64,000 bases of DNA, taken from assembly GCA_046539845.1 (NCBI GenBank), contig JBKHGE010000002.1, forward strand, positions 62,001 through 126,000. The letters run 5' to 3'. Under the pieces are notes generated by a model. The model did not search any database. It was not told the DNA's origin and saw only the letters and a list, made by a program, of their open reading frames with translations. Within the stretch, counting starts at the first letter, position 1. Every line of letters starts with the position of its first letter. The translations under genes were made by a program, and so were the position numbers. Below are positions 16,994-29,860 of the stretch, one piece after another. The stretch comes from Desulfonatronovibrionaceae bacterium (GTDB taxonomy: Bacteria; Desulfobacterota; Desulfovibrionia; Desulfovibrionales; Desulfonatronovibrionaceae).

Positions 16994-17896
16994 ATGAAAA
17001 CCCCCTGGCTGGCTGTGACCGGCCTGGTAGTGACCATGTTTTTATGGGGCAGCTCCTTTGCCGCCTTCAAGGTCGCCTATATCGCCTATACCCCCCTGTG
17101 CGCGATGTTTTTGCGCATGGTCTGGGCCAGTCTGGCCTTCGGCCTGGTCTGGTCCCGGGTCAAGCAGGCCGGCTACAGGCGCGGGGACTGGAAGTGGCTT
17201 TTTTTGATGGCCTTTTTTGAACCCTGCCTGTATTTTGTGTTCGAGGGCTATGCCCTGGATTTGACCACAGCCTCCCAGGCAGGCATGATTTCTGCGGTCT
17301 TCCCCTTGCTGGTGGTTGTGCTCGCCAAAAGCGTTTTGGGCGAGCAACTTTCGAAACGGTCCATAGCCGGGTTTGCCCTGGCCATTGCCGGAGTGGTCTG
17401 GATCAGCCTGGAGAGCCGGTCCAGTGCGACTGCCCCGAACCCGGCACTCGGGAATTTTCTGGAGTTTCTGGCCATGCTCTGTGCGGCCGGGTATACTATA
17501 GTGGCCCGCAAGCTGAGCAGCAGCTATCACCCCTTGTTTCTGGCCAGTGTGCAGTCCGTGATCGGGGCGGCGTTCTTTGGGGTGCTCTTTTTTCTGTCTT
17601 CCGAGACCTTTCCGACGGAGTTCTCCTGGCCGGCAACTCTGAGCGTGGTTTACCTGGGGGTGATAGTCACCCTGTTCGGGTACACCTTTTTCAACTACGG
17701 GGTGAGCAAGATCCCGGCCGGGCAGGCCTCGGTATTCATAAATCTGATACCGGTTTTCGCGGTTTTGCTGGGCTGGCTGCTTCTGGGAGAGACCTTTACC
17801 CAGAAACAGTTTTTGGGGGCCGGCCTGGTCCTGGTGGGAGTGATCTGCAGTCAGCGGGGCTCCGCGTCCCGATCCGACCGTTCCAGACCGGTTTGA
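16994..17896 (+). CDS. DMT/EamA family transporter
   Basis: Two EamA repeats: LWGSSF, FEPCLYFVFE, FINLIPVFAVLLG..LLGE; start moved to ATG 16994. Confidence 0.9.
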   Translation: MKTPWLAVTGLVVTMFLWGSSFAAFKVAYIAYTPLCAMFLRMVWASLAFGLVWSRVKQAGYRRGDWKWLFLMAFFEPCLYFVFEGYALDLTTASQAGMISAVFPLLVVVLAKSVLGEQLSKRSIAGFALAIAGVVWISLESRSSATAPNPALGNFLEFLAMLCAAGYTIVARKLSSSYHPLFLASVQSVIGAAFFGVLFFLSSETFPTEFSWPATLSVVYLGVIVTLFGYTFFNYGVSKIPAGQASVFINLIPVFAVLLGWLLLGETFTQKQFLGAGLVLVGVICSQRGSASRSDRSRPV

Positions 17897-17939
17897 AACC
17901 AAAATGTGTCTCTGAACCGGAAACATGCAAGGAGGGAGC

Positions 17940-18383
17940 ATGGAAATCTTGCTTCTTTTGTTCGCGCTCGGCGCCGGGATTTTGATGCCGGTCCAGGCCG
18001 GAGTCAACGCCGAGCTAAGCGCCCAGATCGGGGGCCCGCTGCAGGCGGCCTTGGTTTCCTTTGTCGTGGGGACCCTGACCTTGGTCGGAGCGGTTATTCT
18101 CTTGCGCCTTTATTTACCGGACCCGGGCACTTTTTTCTCCGTCCCGGCCTGGAAATGGTGCGGGGGATTCTTGGGGGCCCTTTTTGTGACTGCGACCATA
18201 TTTTTGGCCCCCCGCCTGGGGGCGGTGACCCTGCTAGCCCTTCTGGTAACCGGCCAGATGAGCGCCTCTTTGATCCTGGATCATTTCGGATGGCTGGGCT
18301 ATCCGGAACATGCGATCTCTGTCCCCCGCGTCCTGGGAGTGGCCTTTTTGCTCACCGGGGTGGTCTTGGTTCAGAAGTTTTAG
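17940..18383 (+). CDS. DMT family transporter (YdcZ/DUF606-like)
   Basis: QAGVNAEL, SFVVGT, WKWCGGFLGA, GQMSASLILDHFG; GGAGGGAG RBS. Confidence 0.88.
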   Translation: MEILLLLFALGAGILMPVQAGVNAELSAQIGGPLQAALVSFVVGTLTLVGAVILLRLYLPDPGTFFSVPAWKWCGGFLGALFVTATIFLAPRLGAVTLLALLVTGQMSASLILDHFGWLGYPEHAISVPRVLGVAFLLTGVVLVQKF

Positions 18384-18662
18384 GACCGTTCGGATATATG
18401 CCGGGTGGGCTAAGGTTTGCAGATACTAATTGCCTGTTTCGCCCCCGTCCCCTCCCAAAGGCCCGGATTGTGCGTGCCGTTTTTTTTTGTTAATGGATGG
18501 ACAATTGAGGAATGGGTCCTTTAAGGACGCGGATACCCGGGGCTGATGCCCGTGCGGGTAATACAGTATTCCACGCGCCGGTCTCTTCCCCCGCTGGACA
18601 GGGATCAACCGAATTAGGCGGGCGAGGAGAACGACTGCAGAGCTTTCAGGAGACATACGCTT

Positions 18663-19922
18663 ATGAGTAAAAACATCCGTATCAAAGAACTGGCCGAAAA
18701 GGCTGATCAGGCGGGAAGGATTTTGAGTCGGGCCGGAGACGGGCAAAAAAGGGATTTTTTAACCAGACTGGCCAATATCTTGCGCAGCGAGCAGGACAGG
18801 ATTGCCCAGGCCAACGCCCGCGACCTGGATCAGGCCCGGGCTGCGGGATTGGATTCGGCCCGGACCGGACGCCTTTTGCTTACACCGGAGGGGATCGAGG
18901 AAATGGCCGTAGCCTGCGAGGAAGTGGCTGCACTCAAGGACCCGGTAGGGGAAATCGAGAAGATGAACCGCCTTCCTAACGGGCTTCAGGTGGGCAGGAT
19001 GCGCATCCCGCTGGGCGTGGTGGCCATTATCTACGAGTCCCGGCCCAATGTGACCATAGACGCGGCCATCTTGTGTCTGAAGGCTGGAAATGCGGTGGTC
19101 CTGCGCGGGGGGTCGGAGGCGTTTAATTCCAATGAATGTCTGGCCGGGATTCTGGCCCGGGCCCTGGAGGAGTCCGGGCTGCCCAGGGAGGCGGCGGTCT
19201 TTGTCCCTACCACGGACCGGGCGGCTGTGAGCGAGATGCTCAAGCTGGACCAGCATATTGACGTGGTCATCCCCCGCGGCGGAGAGGGCCTAATCCGGGC
19301 GGTGGTGGAGCAGGCCACCATGCCGGTTCTTAAGCACTACAAGGGGGTCTGTCACATTTACGTGCACCGCGATGCGGACCAGGACACGGCCCTGGAGATC
19401 GTGCGCAATGCCAAGGTCCAGAAGCCGGGGGTGTGCAACGCCCTGGAATGCCTGCTGGTGCACAGCGAGGCAGCCGGGGAGTTTCTGCCCCGGCTCAAGG
19501 TATATCTGGCCAAGGACGAGGTCCGCTTTCGGGCTTGTCCACGCTCAGTGTCCCTTTTGGGGGAAAATGCGGTCCCGGCCGAGGACTCGGACTGGGGACG
19601 CGAATTTTTGTCCCTGGATATGGCCGTGCGGGTGGTGGATTCCCAGCAGGAGGCGGTGGAGCATATCGAGATATACGGCTCCAATCATTCCGAGGCGATA
19701 ATAACCGCGAGTTATTCCCGGGCCATGCGCTTTGTCCAGGAGGTGGATGCCTCCGCCGTCCTGGTCAACGCCTCCACTCGGTTCAATGACGGCGGTCAGT
19801 TCGGACTGGGCGCGGAGATAGGCATCTCCACCTCCAAGATACACGCGTACGGGCCCATGGGCGTGCAGGAACTGACCGGCTCCAAGTTCGTTGTTTTTGG
19901 GCAGGGGCAGATTCGCGGCTGA
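18663..19922 (+). CDS. proA: Gamma-glutamyl phosphate reductase
   Basis: IIYESRPNVT, IPRGGEGLI, CNALE, NASTRFNDG, GISTSKIHAYGP. Confidence 0.97.
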   Translation: MSKNIRIKELAEKADQAGRILSRAGDGQKRDFLTRLANILRSEQDRIAQANARDLDQARAAGLDSARTGRLLLTPEGIEEMAVACEEVAALKDPVGEIEKMNRLPNGLQVGRMRIPLGVVAIIYESRPNVTIDAAILCLKAGNAVVLRGGSEAFNSNECLAGILARALEESGLPREAAVFVPTTDRAAVSEMLKLDQHIDVVIPRGGEGLIRAVVEQATMPVLKHYKGVCHIYVHRDADQDTALEIVRNAKVQKPGVCNALECLLVHSEAAGEFLPRLKVYLAKDEVRFRACPRSVSLLGENAVPAEDSDWGREFLSLDMAVRVVDSQQEAVEHIEIYGSNHSEAIITASYSRAMRFVQEVDASAVLVNASTRFNDGGQFGLGAEIGISTSKIHAYGPMGVQELTGSKFVVFGQGQIRG

Positions 19923-19944
19923 AAAGGCTGCGGGAGATCAGTAG

Positions 19945-21975
<2,031 letters not shown>

Positions 21976-22147
21976 GGACCAAGGAAGACACGCTTTCTTT
22001 TTGCATCCATATTTGAATTTGACTCCCGGAAGGGGGAAATAGGCGGTCCTGCTGTTAAAGGCATGGAAAAGGATCAGGCGGATGAAAATCGCAGACAAGG
22101 TTTTAGAAACCCAAACACATAATCCTGGATGTTCAAAGGGAGGAATT

Positions 22148-22930
22148 ATGTCCACTTCAATTATTGTCACTGGAGCAAACGGTAGGATGGGCTCGACAAT
22201 AGCCGGGCTGGCCGCAAAAGACAGAGACCTAAACCTGGTCGGGGTGGTGGAGCGCCCCGGATCGGAACGGGGTCTGGAGAGTTTTCGTGCCCCGGTGTTT
22301 ACTGACCTGCAAAAGGCCATGGCGGACAGTCCCGGCGTGGTGGTGGTGGATTTCACTTCGCCCGAGGCCGGAATGGATCTGGTACGCAGCTGCCAAGAAC
22401 ATTCTTGTGCCGCGGTTCTGGGGACCACCGGGTTTTCTTCGGAGCAGACCGCGGAAATGGAAAAGCTGGCCGAGACCGCCCCGATTTTCTGGGCCCCAAA
22501 CATGAGTGTGGGCATAAACACGCTTTTGCAGATCTTGCCCCGCCTGGCCGGGCTTTTGGGCCAGAAATATGATATGGAGATATCCGAGATGCATCACCGG
22601 TACAAAAAAGATGCCCCCAGCGGGACTGCGCTCAAACTGGGTCAGGTTTTGGCCGAAGCCCGCGACCTGAGTCTGGAGGAACACGGAAAGTACTGTCGGA
22701 AAGGTATGATCGGGGAAAGGAGCGAAGAGGAGATAGGGGTCCAAACCCTGCGCGGCGGGGATGTGGTCGGGGATCACACCGTGTATTTCTTCGGTCCGGG
22801 CGAGCGGATCGAGGTCACGCATAGGGCGCATTCCCGGGAGACGTTTGCCCAGGGGGCGCTGCGGGCGGCTGCATGGATCTCGGGGCGCAAGCCGGGAAGG
22901 CTGTATGGCATGGCTGATCTGCTTTCTTGA
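22148..22930 (+). CDS. dapB: 4-hydroxy-tetrahydrodipicolinate reductase
   Basis: GANGRMG, GTTGF, EMHHRYKKDAPSGTA; ATG 22148 after GGAGG. Confidence 0.96.
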   Translation: MSTSIIVTGANGRMGSTIAGLAAKDRDLNLVGVVERPGSERGLESFRAPVFTDLQKAMADSPGVVVVDFTSPEAGMDLVRSCQEHSCAAVLGTTGFSSEQTAEMEKLAETAPIFWAPNMSVGINTLLQILPRLAGLLGQKYDMEISEMHHRYKKDAPSGTALKLGQVLAEARDLSLEEHGKYCRKGMIGERSEEEIGVQTLRGGDVVGDHTVYFFGPGERIEVTHRAHSRETFAQGALRAAAWISGRKPGRLYGMADLLS

Positions 22931-23055
22931 ATCGGATCTGACCCGCCGCAGGGTTAAAATATCCGGTTTTCCGATGGAAATCCGGGGTCAAAAGTGTTTT
23001 TTCGCCGGGGTTTTTTAGAGTTCAGTCCGCTCAAAGCGGGAGGTATCCCAGTTTA

Positions 23056-23970
23056 ATGTCTGATATAAAGGAAATAGTGCAGGCCATAAGCCGGGTGGTC
23101 CTGGGCAAGGAGCAGGAGATAAAAATGGCCCTTACCTGTCTTTTTGCCGGAGGGCATTTGCTCATAGAGGACTTGCCCGGGATAGGCAAAACCACCCTGG
23201 CCTATGCTCTGGCCCGGGTGCTGGGCCTGGAGTTCAACCGTATCCAGTTCACAAGCGATCTCTTGCCCGGGGATATTCTGGGCGTGGGCGTATATGATCA
23301 GGGCAGCGGGGATTTTGTCTTTCATCCCGGTCCGATATTTACTCAGGTCCTTTTGGCCGACGAAATCAACAGGGCCACTCCCAAGACCCAAAGTGCCCTG
23401 CTGGAGGCCATGGAAGAGGGTCAGGTCAGTCTGGAGGGAAGGACCAGGGACCTGAAGCGGCCTTTTTTTGTCATCGCCACCCAAAATCCGCAGGAACAGT
23501 CCGGCACCTTTCCGCTCCCAGAATCGCAGATGGATCGCTTTCTCATGCGTATTACCCTGGGATACCCGGACCACGGCTCGGAGCGAGAGCTCCTGAGGCT
23601 GGGTCGGATGAAGGAAAAAACGGATTCCCTGTCCGCTTTGCTAAATGCGGAAGACGTCCTTGAGCTGCAAAACAAAGTCCAGAAGATCAAGGCTTCGGAC
23701 AGTCTTTTGGCCTATATCCAGGATATCCTGGACCGGACCAGGAAAAGCGAAGAGATCATGACCGGCCTGTCCCCCCGGGCCGGTCTGAGTCTGCTTCAGG
23801 CCGCCCGGTCCAGGGCGTTTCTGGAAGGACGTGATTTCGTACTCCCTGAGGACGTCCAACAGGTCTTTTTTGCGGTTGCCGGGCACAGGCTCCGCGACAT
23901 GCAGGCCAGGAGGGAGTTCGGCCGGGACCGGATCGAGGAGTTTCTGCGCCGGATTGCGGTACCAGTTTAG
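23056..23970 (+). CDS. MoxR-family AAA+ ATPase
   Basis: HLLIEDLPGIGKT, RIQFTSDLLP, LADEINRATPKTQSALLEAM, ATQNP. Confidence 0.93.
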   Translation: MSDIKEIVQAISRVVLGKEQEIKMALTCLFAGGHLLIEDLPGIGKTTLAYALARVLGLEFNRIQFTSDLLPGDILGVGVYDQGSGDFVFHPGPIFTQVLLADEINRATPKTQSALLEAMEEGQVSLEGRTRDLKRPFFVIATQNPQEQSGTFPLPESQMDRFLMRITLGYPDHGSERELLRLGRMKEKTDSLSALLNAEDVLELQNKVQKIKASDSLLAYIQDILDRTRKSEEIMTGLSPRAGLSLLQAARSRAFLEGRDFVLPEDVQQVFFAVAGHRLRDMQARREFGRDRIEEFLRRIAVPV

Positions 23971-24951
23971 ATGAACCGTGTTTTTTTCCGGAAAATAAGA
24001 TATCTACTGGCTACGCCGCCTGTAAAGGGACTGCCCCGCCATGTGCCCCCCGGATACTGCTTCATTCTCCCTACCGGTTTCGGAGCAGTGTATGCGGCCG
24101 TGCTCGCCGCAGTACTGGCTGCCGCGGTCAATTACAACAATAACTTGGCCTTTGCCCTGGGCTTTATCCTTGTGTCCATGTTCATTGTCTCTTTGGTCCA
24201 CACCCATGCCCAGGTTAAAGGCCTGGTCCTGGAGTCCCTTAGGTCCGAACCCGTGTTTGCCGGGGACATGATTGAATACACTTTGTTTATCTCGTCCCCG
24301 GACAAAGACAGGTACGTTTTGGAAGTCGGTTTTGCCGGACAGGGAGGCATTGTTCTGGATGTGCCTGGGGGGGGTGAGGCCGAAGCAATGCTTTATTCCC
24401 GGGCCAGGGCAAGAGGCATGTATCCTGCCCCGGAGCTTGTCCTTAGTTCCAGATACCCGTTCGGGATTTGCCGGGCCTGGCACAAATTTCGGCCCGCGCA
24501 ACTTACACTGGTCTATCCGGAAAGGTATCATCCCCGCGAGGAGGTCCTGGCCCGCTTCTTCCAGGCCAGCGGGGGCCAGGGGGCAGAAGACAGGGAGGAG
24601 TTCTCCGGGATCAGGGAATATATCCGCGGGGATCGGCCCCAGGTTATAGCCTGGAAGGCCTCGGCCAAGGGGACGGGGTTGCGGAGCAAGGAATTTTCCG
24701 GGGAAAGCGGCGAACATATCCGGTTTACCTGGCACGATTTGTCTGATCTGGACGCGGAGTCCAGACTGAGTATGCTTGCCTCTCTCGTCCTGGAGGCGCA
24801 ATCGTGGGGCAAGAGCTACGAACTCGTGCTTCCCGGATTTCATCTGGGTCCGGGTAGCGGCCATGATTTTATGGGTCATTGTCTGCAGACCCTGGCCCTT
24901 TATGATCCCGGGGCGCATGCGCCGGCACAAAACAAGATCCAAAATAAATAG
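23971..24951 (+). CDS. DUF58 domain protein
   Basis: AVNYNNNL, SRYPFG, EFSGIREYIRGD..IAWKASAK; directly after moxR. Confidence 0.88.
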   Translation: MNRVFFRKIRYLLATPPVKGLPRHVPPGYCFILPTGFGAVYAAVLAAVLAAAVNYNNNLAFALGFILVSMFIVSLVHTHAQVKGLVLESLRSEPVFAGDMIEYTLFISSPDKDRYVLEVGFAGQGGIVLDVPGGGEAEAMLYSRARARGMYPAPELVLSSRYPFGICRAWHKFRPAQLTLVYPERYHPREEVLARFFQASGGQGAEDREEFSGIREYIRGDRPQVIAWKASAKGTGLRSKEFSGESGEHIRFTWHDLSDLDAESRLSMLASLVLEAQSWGKSYELVLPGFHLGPGSGHDFMGHCLQTLALYDPGAHAPAQNKIQNK

Positions 24952-25045
24952 CCCCACTCGTATTAAACTGATTTTTAAGGGCCGGATATTTTGTGTGCTT
25001 TTAAACGCAGGTTTTTTATGCTCTGCTTAACAGCCGGGAACTAGT

Positions 25046-26989
25046 ATGCCCAAGAGAATTGAGAGTCGGGACTTCTGGCCGGCTATATCTTTTCTGGCCG
25101 CGCTTACGCCCCATCTGGGGCATCTCCCGTGGTGGTCTGTGCTCTACTCCGTCGGGTCCTTTGTCCTTTTTCTGTTTTTACCGGGAAACAACCCGGGCAG
25201 AAGGGGCAGATGGATCATGCGCATCCTGATCCTGGTCCTGTTTGCTTTGACCGTAGTCTCCTTCCAGGGGACCATAGGCCGGGATGCCGGGACCGCCATG
25301 CTCGCGGGGATGCTCGGACTCAAGCTCCATGAACTCCGATCCGGCCGGGACAGGAAGCTGTTTTGTCTCCTCAATTATTTCCTTGTCTTGACCTGCGTTT
25401 TGTATTTTCAATCCTTGCCGGCCGCCCTGTACATGCTATTTGCCGCGTATCTGAACAGTGTGGCCTTGGTCCGGGTGCTGCGGGGGCGCGGGCATTGGGC
25501 CGCTGACATGCGTCGGGTGGCGTTAATCCTGCTCCAGTCCGTCCCTTTGGCGGTAATACTGTTTTTATTCTTTCCCCGCCTTCCCGGGGGTCTCTTTGGT
25601 CTGGAACAGGCTTCAAACCTCGGGGTCTCCGGTATGAGCGATTTTTTGGCCCCGGGTGAGATAAGCAGTCTGGTCATGTCTGGGGAGCCGGTGTTCAGGG
25701 CCAGTTTTTCTGGGAAAAGGCCTGTTGCGCAGGACCGCTACTGGCGGTGCATGGTCTTTGGGGATATGGACGGCCCGGTATGGAAGGCCTTTCCCGGCTG
25801 TCCCGGCCGGGAGGATATTGTCCAGCAGGGGGAGAGCTTCAGCTATGAGCTGACCGTGGAAAAACACAGCGGGGTGTGGGTCCCGGTGCTCGGGGTGCCG
25901 GAAAGGTGGTCCGGAGAGGTGCGTTTGGACTGCAATGGACTGCTTCGTTTCAACCGCCGCCTTGAACGCAGGAAGAGGATAAACCTTGTTTCCCAGCCCG
26001 AGGCAAGGCTTAAGGGCGGGAATCCAGAAGACTATCTAGACCTGCCCCAGGGTGTGGGTCCGCAGGCGAGAGAACTAGCCGCGGACTGGAAAGGACTCCC
26101 GGAAAAGGAAAGGGTAAAACAGGCAGTGGACTTTTTCCGCGAGGGCGACTTTGAATACACCTTGTATCCGGGAGTGATGCACGGTGACTATATAGATAAA
26201 TTCCTTTTCCGGGAGATGCGGGGGTTTTGCGAGCATTTTGCCGCCTCGTTCGCCTTTCTGATGCGGGCCGCGGATCTGCCCAGCCGGGTAGTAGTCGGGT
26301 ATCAGGGCGGTGAGGTAAACCCCTTGGGTGGGTATGTCCTGGTCCGGGAAAAGGACGCCCATGCCTGGGTCGAGATATATATTTCCGGAGTCGGATGGAA
26401 GCGGATGGACCCGGTGGCCATGGTTGCCCCGCAAAGGGTAGAAGAGGGCTTCTCCCCGGTTGACGCCGGTCAAACCGAGACCGAACGGCAGGAGGCGGAC
26501 TCGGTTTTTGACTGGATGCAGCAGGCCTTTTTTTTCTGGGACGCTGCGAACAACGTCTGGAATCAATGGGTGCTAGACTATAGTTCCCGGACCAGGGGCC
26601 GGGTTTTATCCGGCCTTAAATTGGACAACCCAACTCTTGTTGGGGTAGTAAAGATTAGCGCTATTTTTCTTGGGTTGGTTTTCGCGGCGTATTTTGCGGT
26701 CCAATTCGGGCGCGGGATAATTGCCGCGTACCGGGAGGACCCGGTAACCCGGGAGTTCAGGCGGTTTGAAAAAAAGATGTCTTTGGCCGGGGTGGCTCGT
26801 CCGCATTATATGGGACCGTTGGATTATTTGCGGCTTATAGAGTCAAGATGCGATTCAGACCGCAGTGTGCAAAGAATCGTTGGTCTGTATATGCGTCTTC
26901 GCTATCAGGGATATGATCCCGGTCTTATGCTCGAATTCAGGCGGGTGGTGCGGGAGTTTGACCCCCGAAGGCTTTGCTGCGGCGCCTGA
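25046..26989 (+). CDS. Membrane-bound transglutaminase-domain protein (TgpA/DUF3488-like)
   Basis: N-terminal TM block, LFFPR, YWR, GFCEHFA, RVVVGYQGG, DAHAWVE, W.RMDP (Cys-His-Asp triad). Confidence 0.9.
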   Translation: MPKRIESRDFWPAISFLAALTPHLGHLPWWSVLYSVGSFVLFLFLPGNNPGRRGRWIMRILILVLFALTVVSFQGTIGRDAGTAMLAGMLGLKLHELRSGRDRKLFCLLNYFLVLTCVLYFQSLPAALYMLFAAYLNSVALVRVLRGRGHWAADMRRVALILLQSVPLAVILFLFFPRLPGGLFGLEQASNLGVSGMSDFLAPGEISSLVMSGEPVFRASFSGKRPVAQDRYWRCMVFGDMDGPVWKAFPGCPGREDIVQQGESFSYELTVEKHSGVWVPVLGVPERWSGEVRLDCNGLLRFNRRLERRKRINLVSQPEARLKGGNPEDYLDLPQGVGPQARELAADWKGLPEKERVKQAVDFFREGDFEYTLYPGVMHGDYIDKFLFREMRGFCEHFAASFAFLMRAADLPSRVVVGYQGGEVNPLGGYVLVREKDAHAWVEIYISGVGWKRMDPVAMVAPQRVEEGFSPVDAGQTETERQEADSVFDWMQQAFFFWDAANNVWNQWVLDYSSRTRGRVLSGLKLDNPTLVGVVKISAIFLGLVFAAYFAVQFGRGIIAAYREDPVTREFRRFEKKMSLAGVARPHYMGPLDYLRLIESRCDSDRSVQRIVGLYMRLRYQGYDPGLMLEFRRVVREFDPRRLCCGA

Positions 26990-27036
26990 TTTTGGCCTTT
27001 GAACAACCCGATCAAGCCTGCGTTGGATGATAGATT

Positions 27037-27594
27037 ATGCAGTTTAAAACCGTGTTTTTTTTGCTGTGCTTTTTTCTGGCCCTGCCCGGGACAGTCCGGA
27101 CCGCTCATTGCGGTATGGAGCTGGAGGGGTTTGTTCTGGACAACATCAATGCCACTGCCGAGATCGGTTTCGGCCTTAATTTCACCGCTCCGGAAGAGAT
27201 CTTTTCCGTCTTGGATGAAGGAGAGACCCTGGAGCTGTCCTGTCGGGCGGAACTCACCCGGATCCGCAGCTTTATCTGGGACGAGCATATCGCAGAGGGG
27301 GATTATATCTGTATTCTATACAGGGATAAGTTAAACAGCAAATATGTGTTGGAGTGTCCCAAGGGGACCAAGGTGGCACAAGATTCAGATCCTGAAGATA
27401 TTCTGTCCCGTCTGAGTCAGGTGCGCATCCCTATTTGTCCCTGGTCCATGATTTCGGAGGGGGAAAAGTATTCCGTGATCCTGGAGGCGGAGATGAAAAC
27501 GGAAGGGGTCCCGGAGTGGATAAGAGGGCCCCTGTTTTTCTGGTCCTGGGATCTGTTTGACCCGGTTTATTACGAGATGCAATTCGATTATTAG
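27037..27594 (+). CDS. Exported protein, DUF4390-like
   Basis: Signal peptide; position directly upstream of an ntrY-like kinase, as is usual for this family. Confidence 0.65.
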   Translation: MQFKTVFFLLCFFLALPGTVRTAHCGMELEGFVLDNINATAEIGFGLNFTAPEEIFSVLDEGETLELSCRAELTRIRSFIWDEHIAEGDYICILYRDKLNSKYVLECPKGTKVAQDSDPEDILSRLSQVRIPICPWSMISEGEKYSVILEAEMKTEGVPEWIRGPLFFWSWDLFDPVYYEMQFDY

Positions 27595-27624
27595 ACCCTA
27601 CACTTGCGGGTTTAGCGGCAGGAA

Positions 27625-29826
27625 ATGAACGATACTTCAATCCGCGTTGCAGAAGCGGAAACCAAGGAAAGAAAGAAGAGACAGCGGGAGATTGTCCTGG
27701 CCCTTGCGGCTGTGGGGGTGATTGCCGGGCTGTCCTGGGTGGAGCTCAAGTATTTCGGGGTGAATTCCTATCTCTTCCTGGGGCTTTTCAACCTGAATAT
27801 TATCCTTTTGCTTCTGGTGCTTTTGCTTGTTTTGCGCAATGTGTTCAAGCTGGTTGTGGAGCGCAAACGCAAGGTCCTGGGCTCCAGGCTGCGCTCCAGG
27901 CTGGTTCTCATCTTTATGCTCTTGTCCATAATCCCCACTTTACTCATGTTTATTGTGGCGGTCCGCTTTGTCCAGACCTCTGTGGATTACTGGTTCAAAT
28001 CCCAGGTGGAGAACTCCATGCAGCAGGCCCTGGAAGTGGGTCAGGCCTTTTACACTTCAGCCGAGGAGGATCTGGAGAGCAAGACTGAAGTCATACTGGA
28101 CCATATCCGGGACAAGGAGTTTTTGTGGGGCGGTCCGGGCATGAACGAGTATATGGCCAGGAAGCGCAAGGAGTACGATTTAAGCCTCCTGGGCGTGGTC
28201 TCTCCGAATTTGAGGGAGCAGAATTGGTACCAGTCCGAAGAGTGGGAGGAGAATTGGCCTCAGATGCGCAACGAGGTCCCCTGGAAGGAGATGCGGAAGG
28301 ATCCGGAGTACTGGACCGGTCTGCATCCCAGCGAGAAAGGGGATCTGGTCCTGGGCGTTCGTCCGGTGGACAAGTCCAAAAGCGGTTTTCTGGTTTTGGG
28401 GGTCACCCTTAAACAGGATGTCCTGGCCAAGCTGGACGGCATCGTCCGGGGCGTGGAGGAATACCGCCAGCTCAAGTCCCTCAAATATCCCCTGAAGGTA
28501 GCCCTGTATACTATTCTGGGGATAATGACCCTGCTTATTATCTTGGGTTCGATCTGGTTCGGTTTCAAGGTGGCCCGGGAGATATCCGCTCCGGTGCAGG
28601 CCTTGGCCGCAGGGACCCAGAGGATAGCCAGGGGTGACCTGGACGTGCGGCTCGAGGACCAGTCCGACGACGAACTGGGACTTTTGGTCCGGTCCTTTAA
28701 TTCCATGGCCGGGGATCTGCAGGAGATGCAGGCTAGCCTTACCCGGGCCAATGAGAAGCTGGCCAGCCAGAACCGGGAGCTGGAGGCCCGCGGCGAATAC
28801 ATGCAGGCGGTTTTGGACAATATCACCGCCGGGGTTATTTCTTTGGACCTGCAGGGCCGCATCTCCACGGTGAATAAGGCGGCCGAATACCTTTTGGGTA
28901 TTGATGCCGATCGGATCATTGGGGCCTCCCCCCTTAATCTAGTCCGGGCGGAATACGCCCAGATAATCCGGGACATGTATGATCAACTGAGCAAAGTGCC
29001 TGGCAGCCGGTGGCAGAAGCAGCTGGATGTGGAGGTCGGGGGCAAGATGACCAAGCTCTTGGTCAACGCCCTGGTCCTTAAGCCGGAACACGGAGGAGAC
29101 GGAGGAATTGTTGCGGTTTTTGAGGACATAACCGAGCTGGAAAAGATGCAGAGACTGGCCGCCTGGAAGGAAGTAGCCCGGCGCATAGCCCACGAGATAA
29201 AGAATCCGCTTACCCCGATCAAACTGTCCGCCCAGCGTTTGCAGAAAAAATTCGGGGACAGGACCGAAGATCCGGTTTTTGATCAGTGCACCCAATTGAT
29301 TGTCCGCCAGGTGGAGCACCTGCAGGAGATGGTCGGGGAATTCTCCATGTTTGCCAAACTCCCGGAGCTAAAGCCAAGATTCGATTATCTGGCTCCGCTA
29401 TTGCAAGAACTGGTGGAGGAGTTCAGACAGAGCCACAGCGATATACGGTGGGAGCTGGAATTCAAAAGCACGGTCCCGGGATTCAACTTTGACCGTGAGG
29501 CCTTGAAAAGGGCGTTTATGAACCTGCTTCTCAATGCCGCCGAGGAATTGAGCCGCAGCAAGCCCCAGGGAGAGATCCATATCCGGGTCTTTCACGACCG
29601 TCCGGTGCAGAAAGTGAGCGTGGAGATCATGGATAATGGTCCGGGGCTGAGTTTCGAGGAGCGTTCCCGGGTATTTGAGCCATATTACTCGCGCAAGAAG
29701 ATCGGCACTGGCCTAGGTCTGACCATAGTCAAGTCTATAATCTCGGACCATCATGGATATGTGCGGGTCAAGGCCAATGATCCGCAGGGGAGTATCTTTG
29801 TGGTCGAGTTGCCGATTGCGGCCTGA
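27625..29826 (+). CDS. ntrY: NtrY-like sensor histidine kinase (TM-HAMP-PAS-HisKA-HATPase)
   Basis: AWKEVARRIAHEIKNPLTPIKLSAQRL, DNGPG, GTGLGL. Confidence 0.88.
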   Translation: MNDTSIRVAEAETKERKKRQREIVLALAAVGVIAGLSWVELKYFGVNSYLFLGLFNLNIILLLLVLLLVLRNVFKLVVERKRKVLGSRLRSRLVLIFMLLSIIPTLLMFIVAVRFVQTSVDYWFKSQVENSMQQALEVGQAFYTSAEEDLESKTEVILDHIRDKEFLWGGPGMNEYMARKRKEYDLSLLGVVSPNLREQNWYQSEEWEENWPQMRNEVPWKEMRKDPEYWTGLHPSEKGDLVLGVRPVDKSKSGFLVLGVTLKQDVLAKLDGIVRGVEEYRQLKSLKYPLKVALYTILGIMTLLIILGSIWFGFKVAREISAPVQALAAGTQRIARGDLDVRLEDQSDDELGLLVRSFNSMAGDLQEMQASLTRANEKLASQNRELEARGEYMQAVLDNITAGVISLDLQGRISTVNKAAEYLLGIDADRIIGASPLNLVRAEYAQIIRDMYDQLSKVPGSRWQKQLDVEVGGKMTKLLVNALVLKPEHGGDGGIVAVFEDITELEKMQRLAAWKEVARRIAHEIKNPLTPIKLSAQRLQKKFGDRTEDPVFDQCTQLIVRQVEHLQEMVGEFSMFAKLPELKPRFDYLAPLLQELVEEFRQSHSDIRWELEFKSTVPGFNFDREALKRAFMNLLLNAAEELSRSKPQGEIHIRVFHDRPVQKVSVEIMDNGPGLSFEERSRVFEPYYSRKKIGTGLGLTIVKSIISDHHGYVRVKANDPQGSIFVVELPIAA

Positions 29827-29860
29827 TCCGGGCCGGCAAAAACCGTGCAGGAGTGTGTAT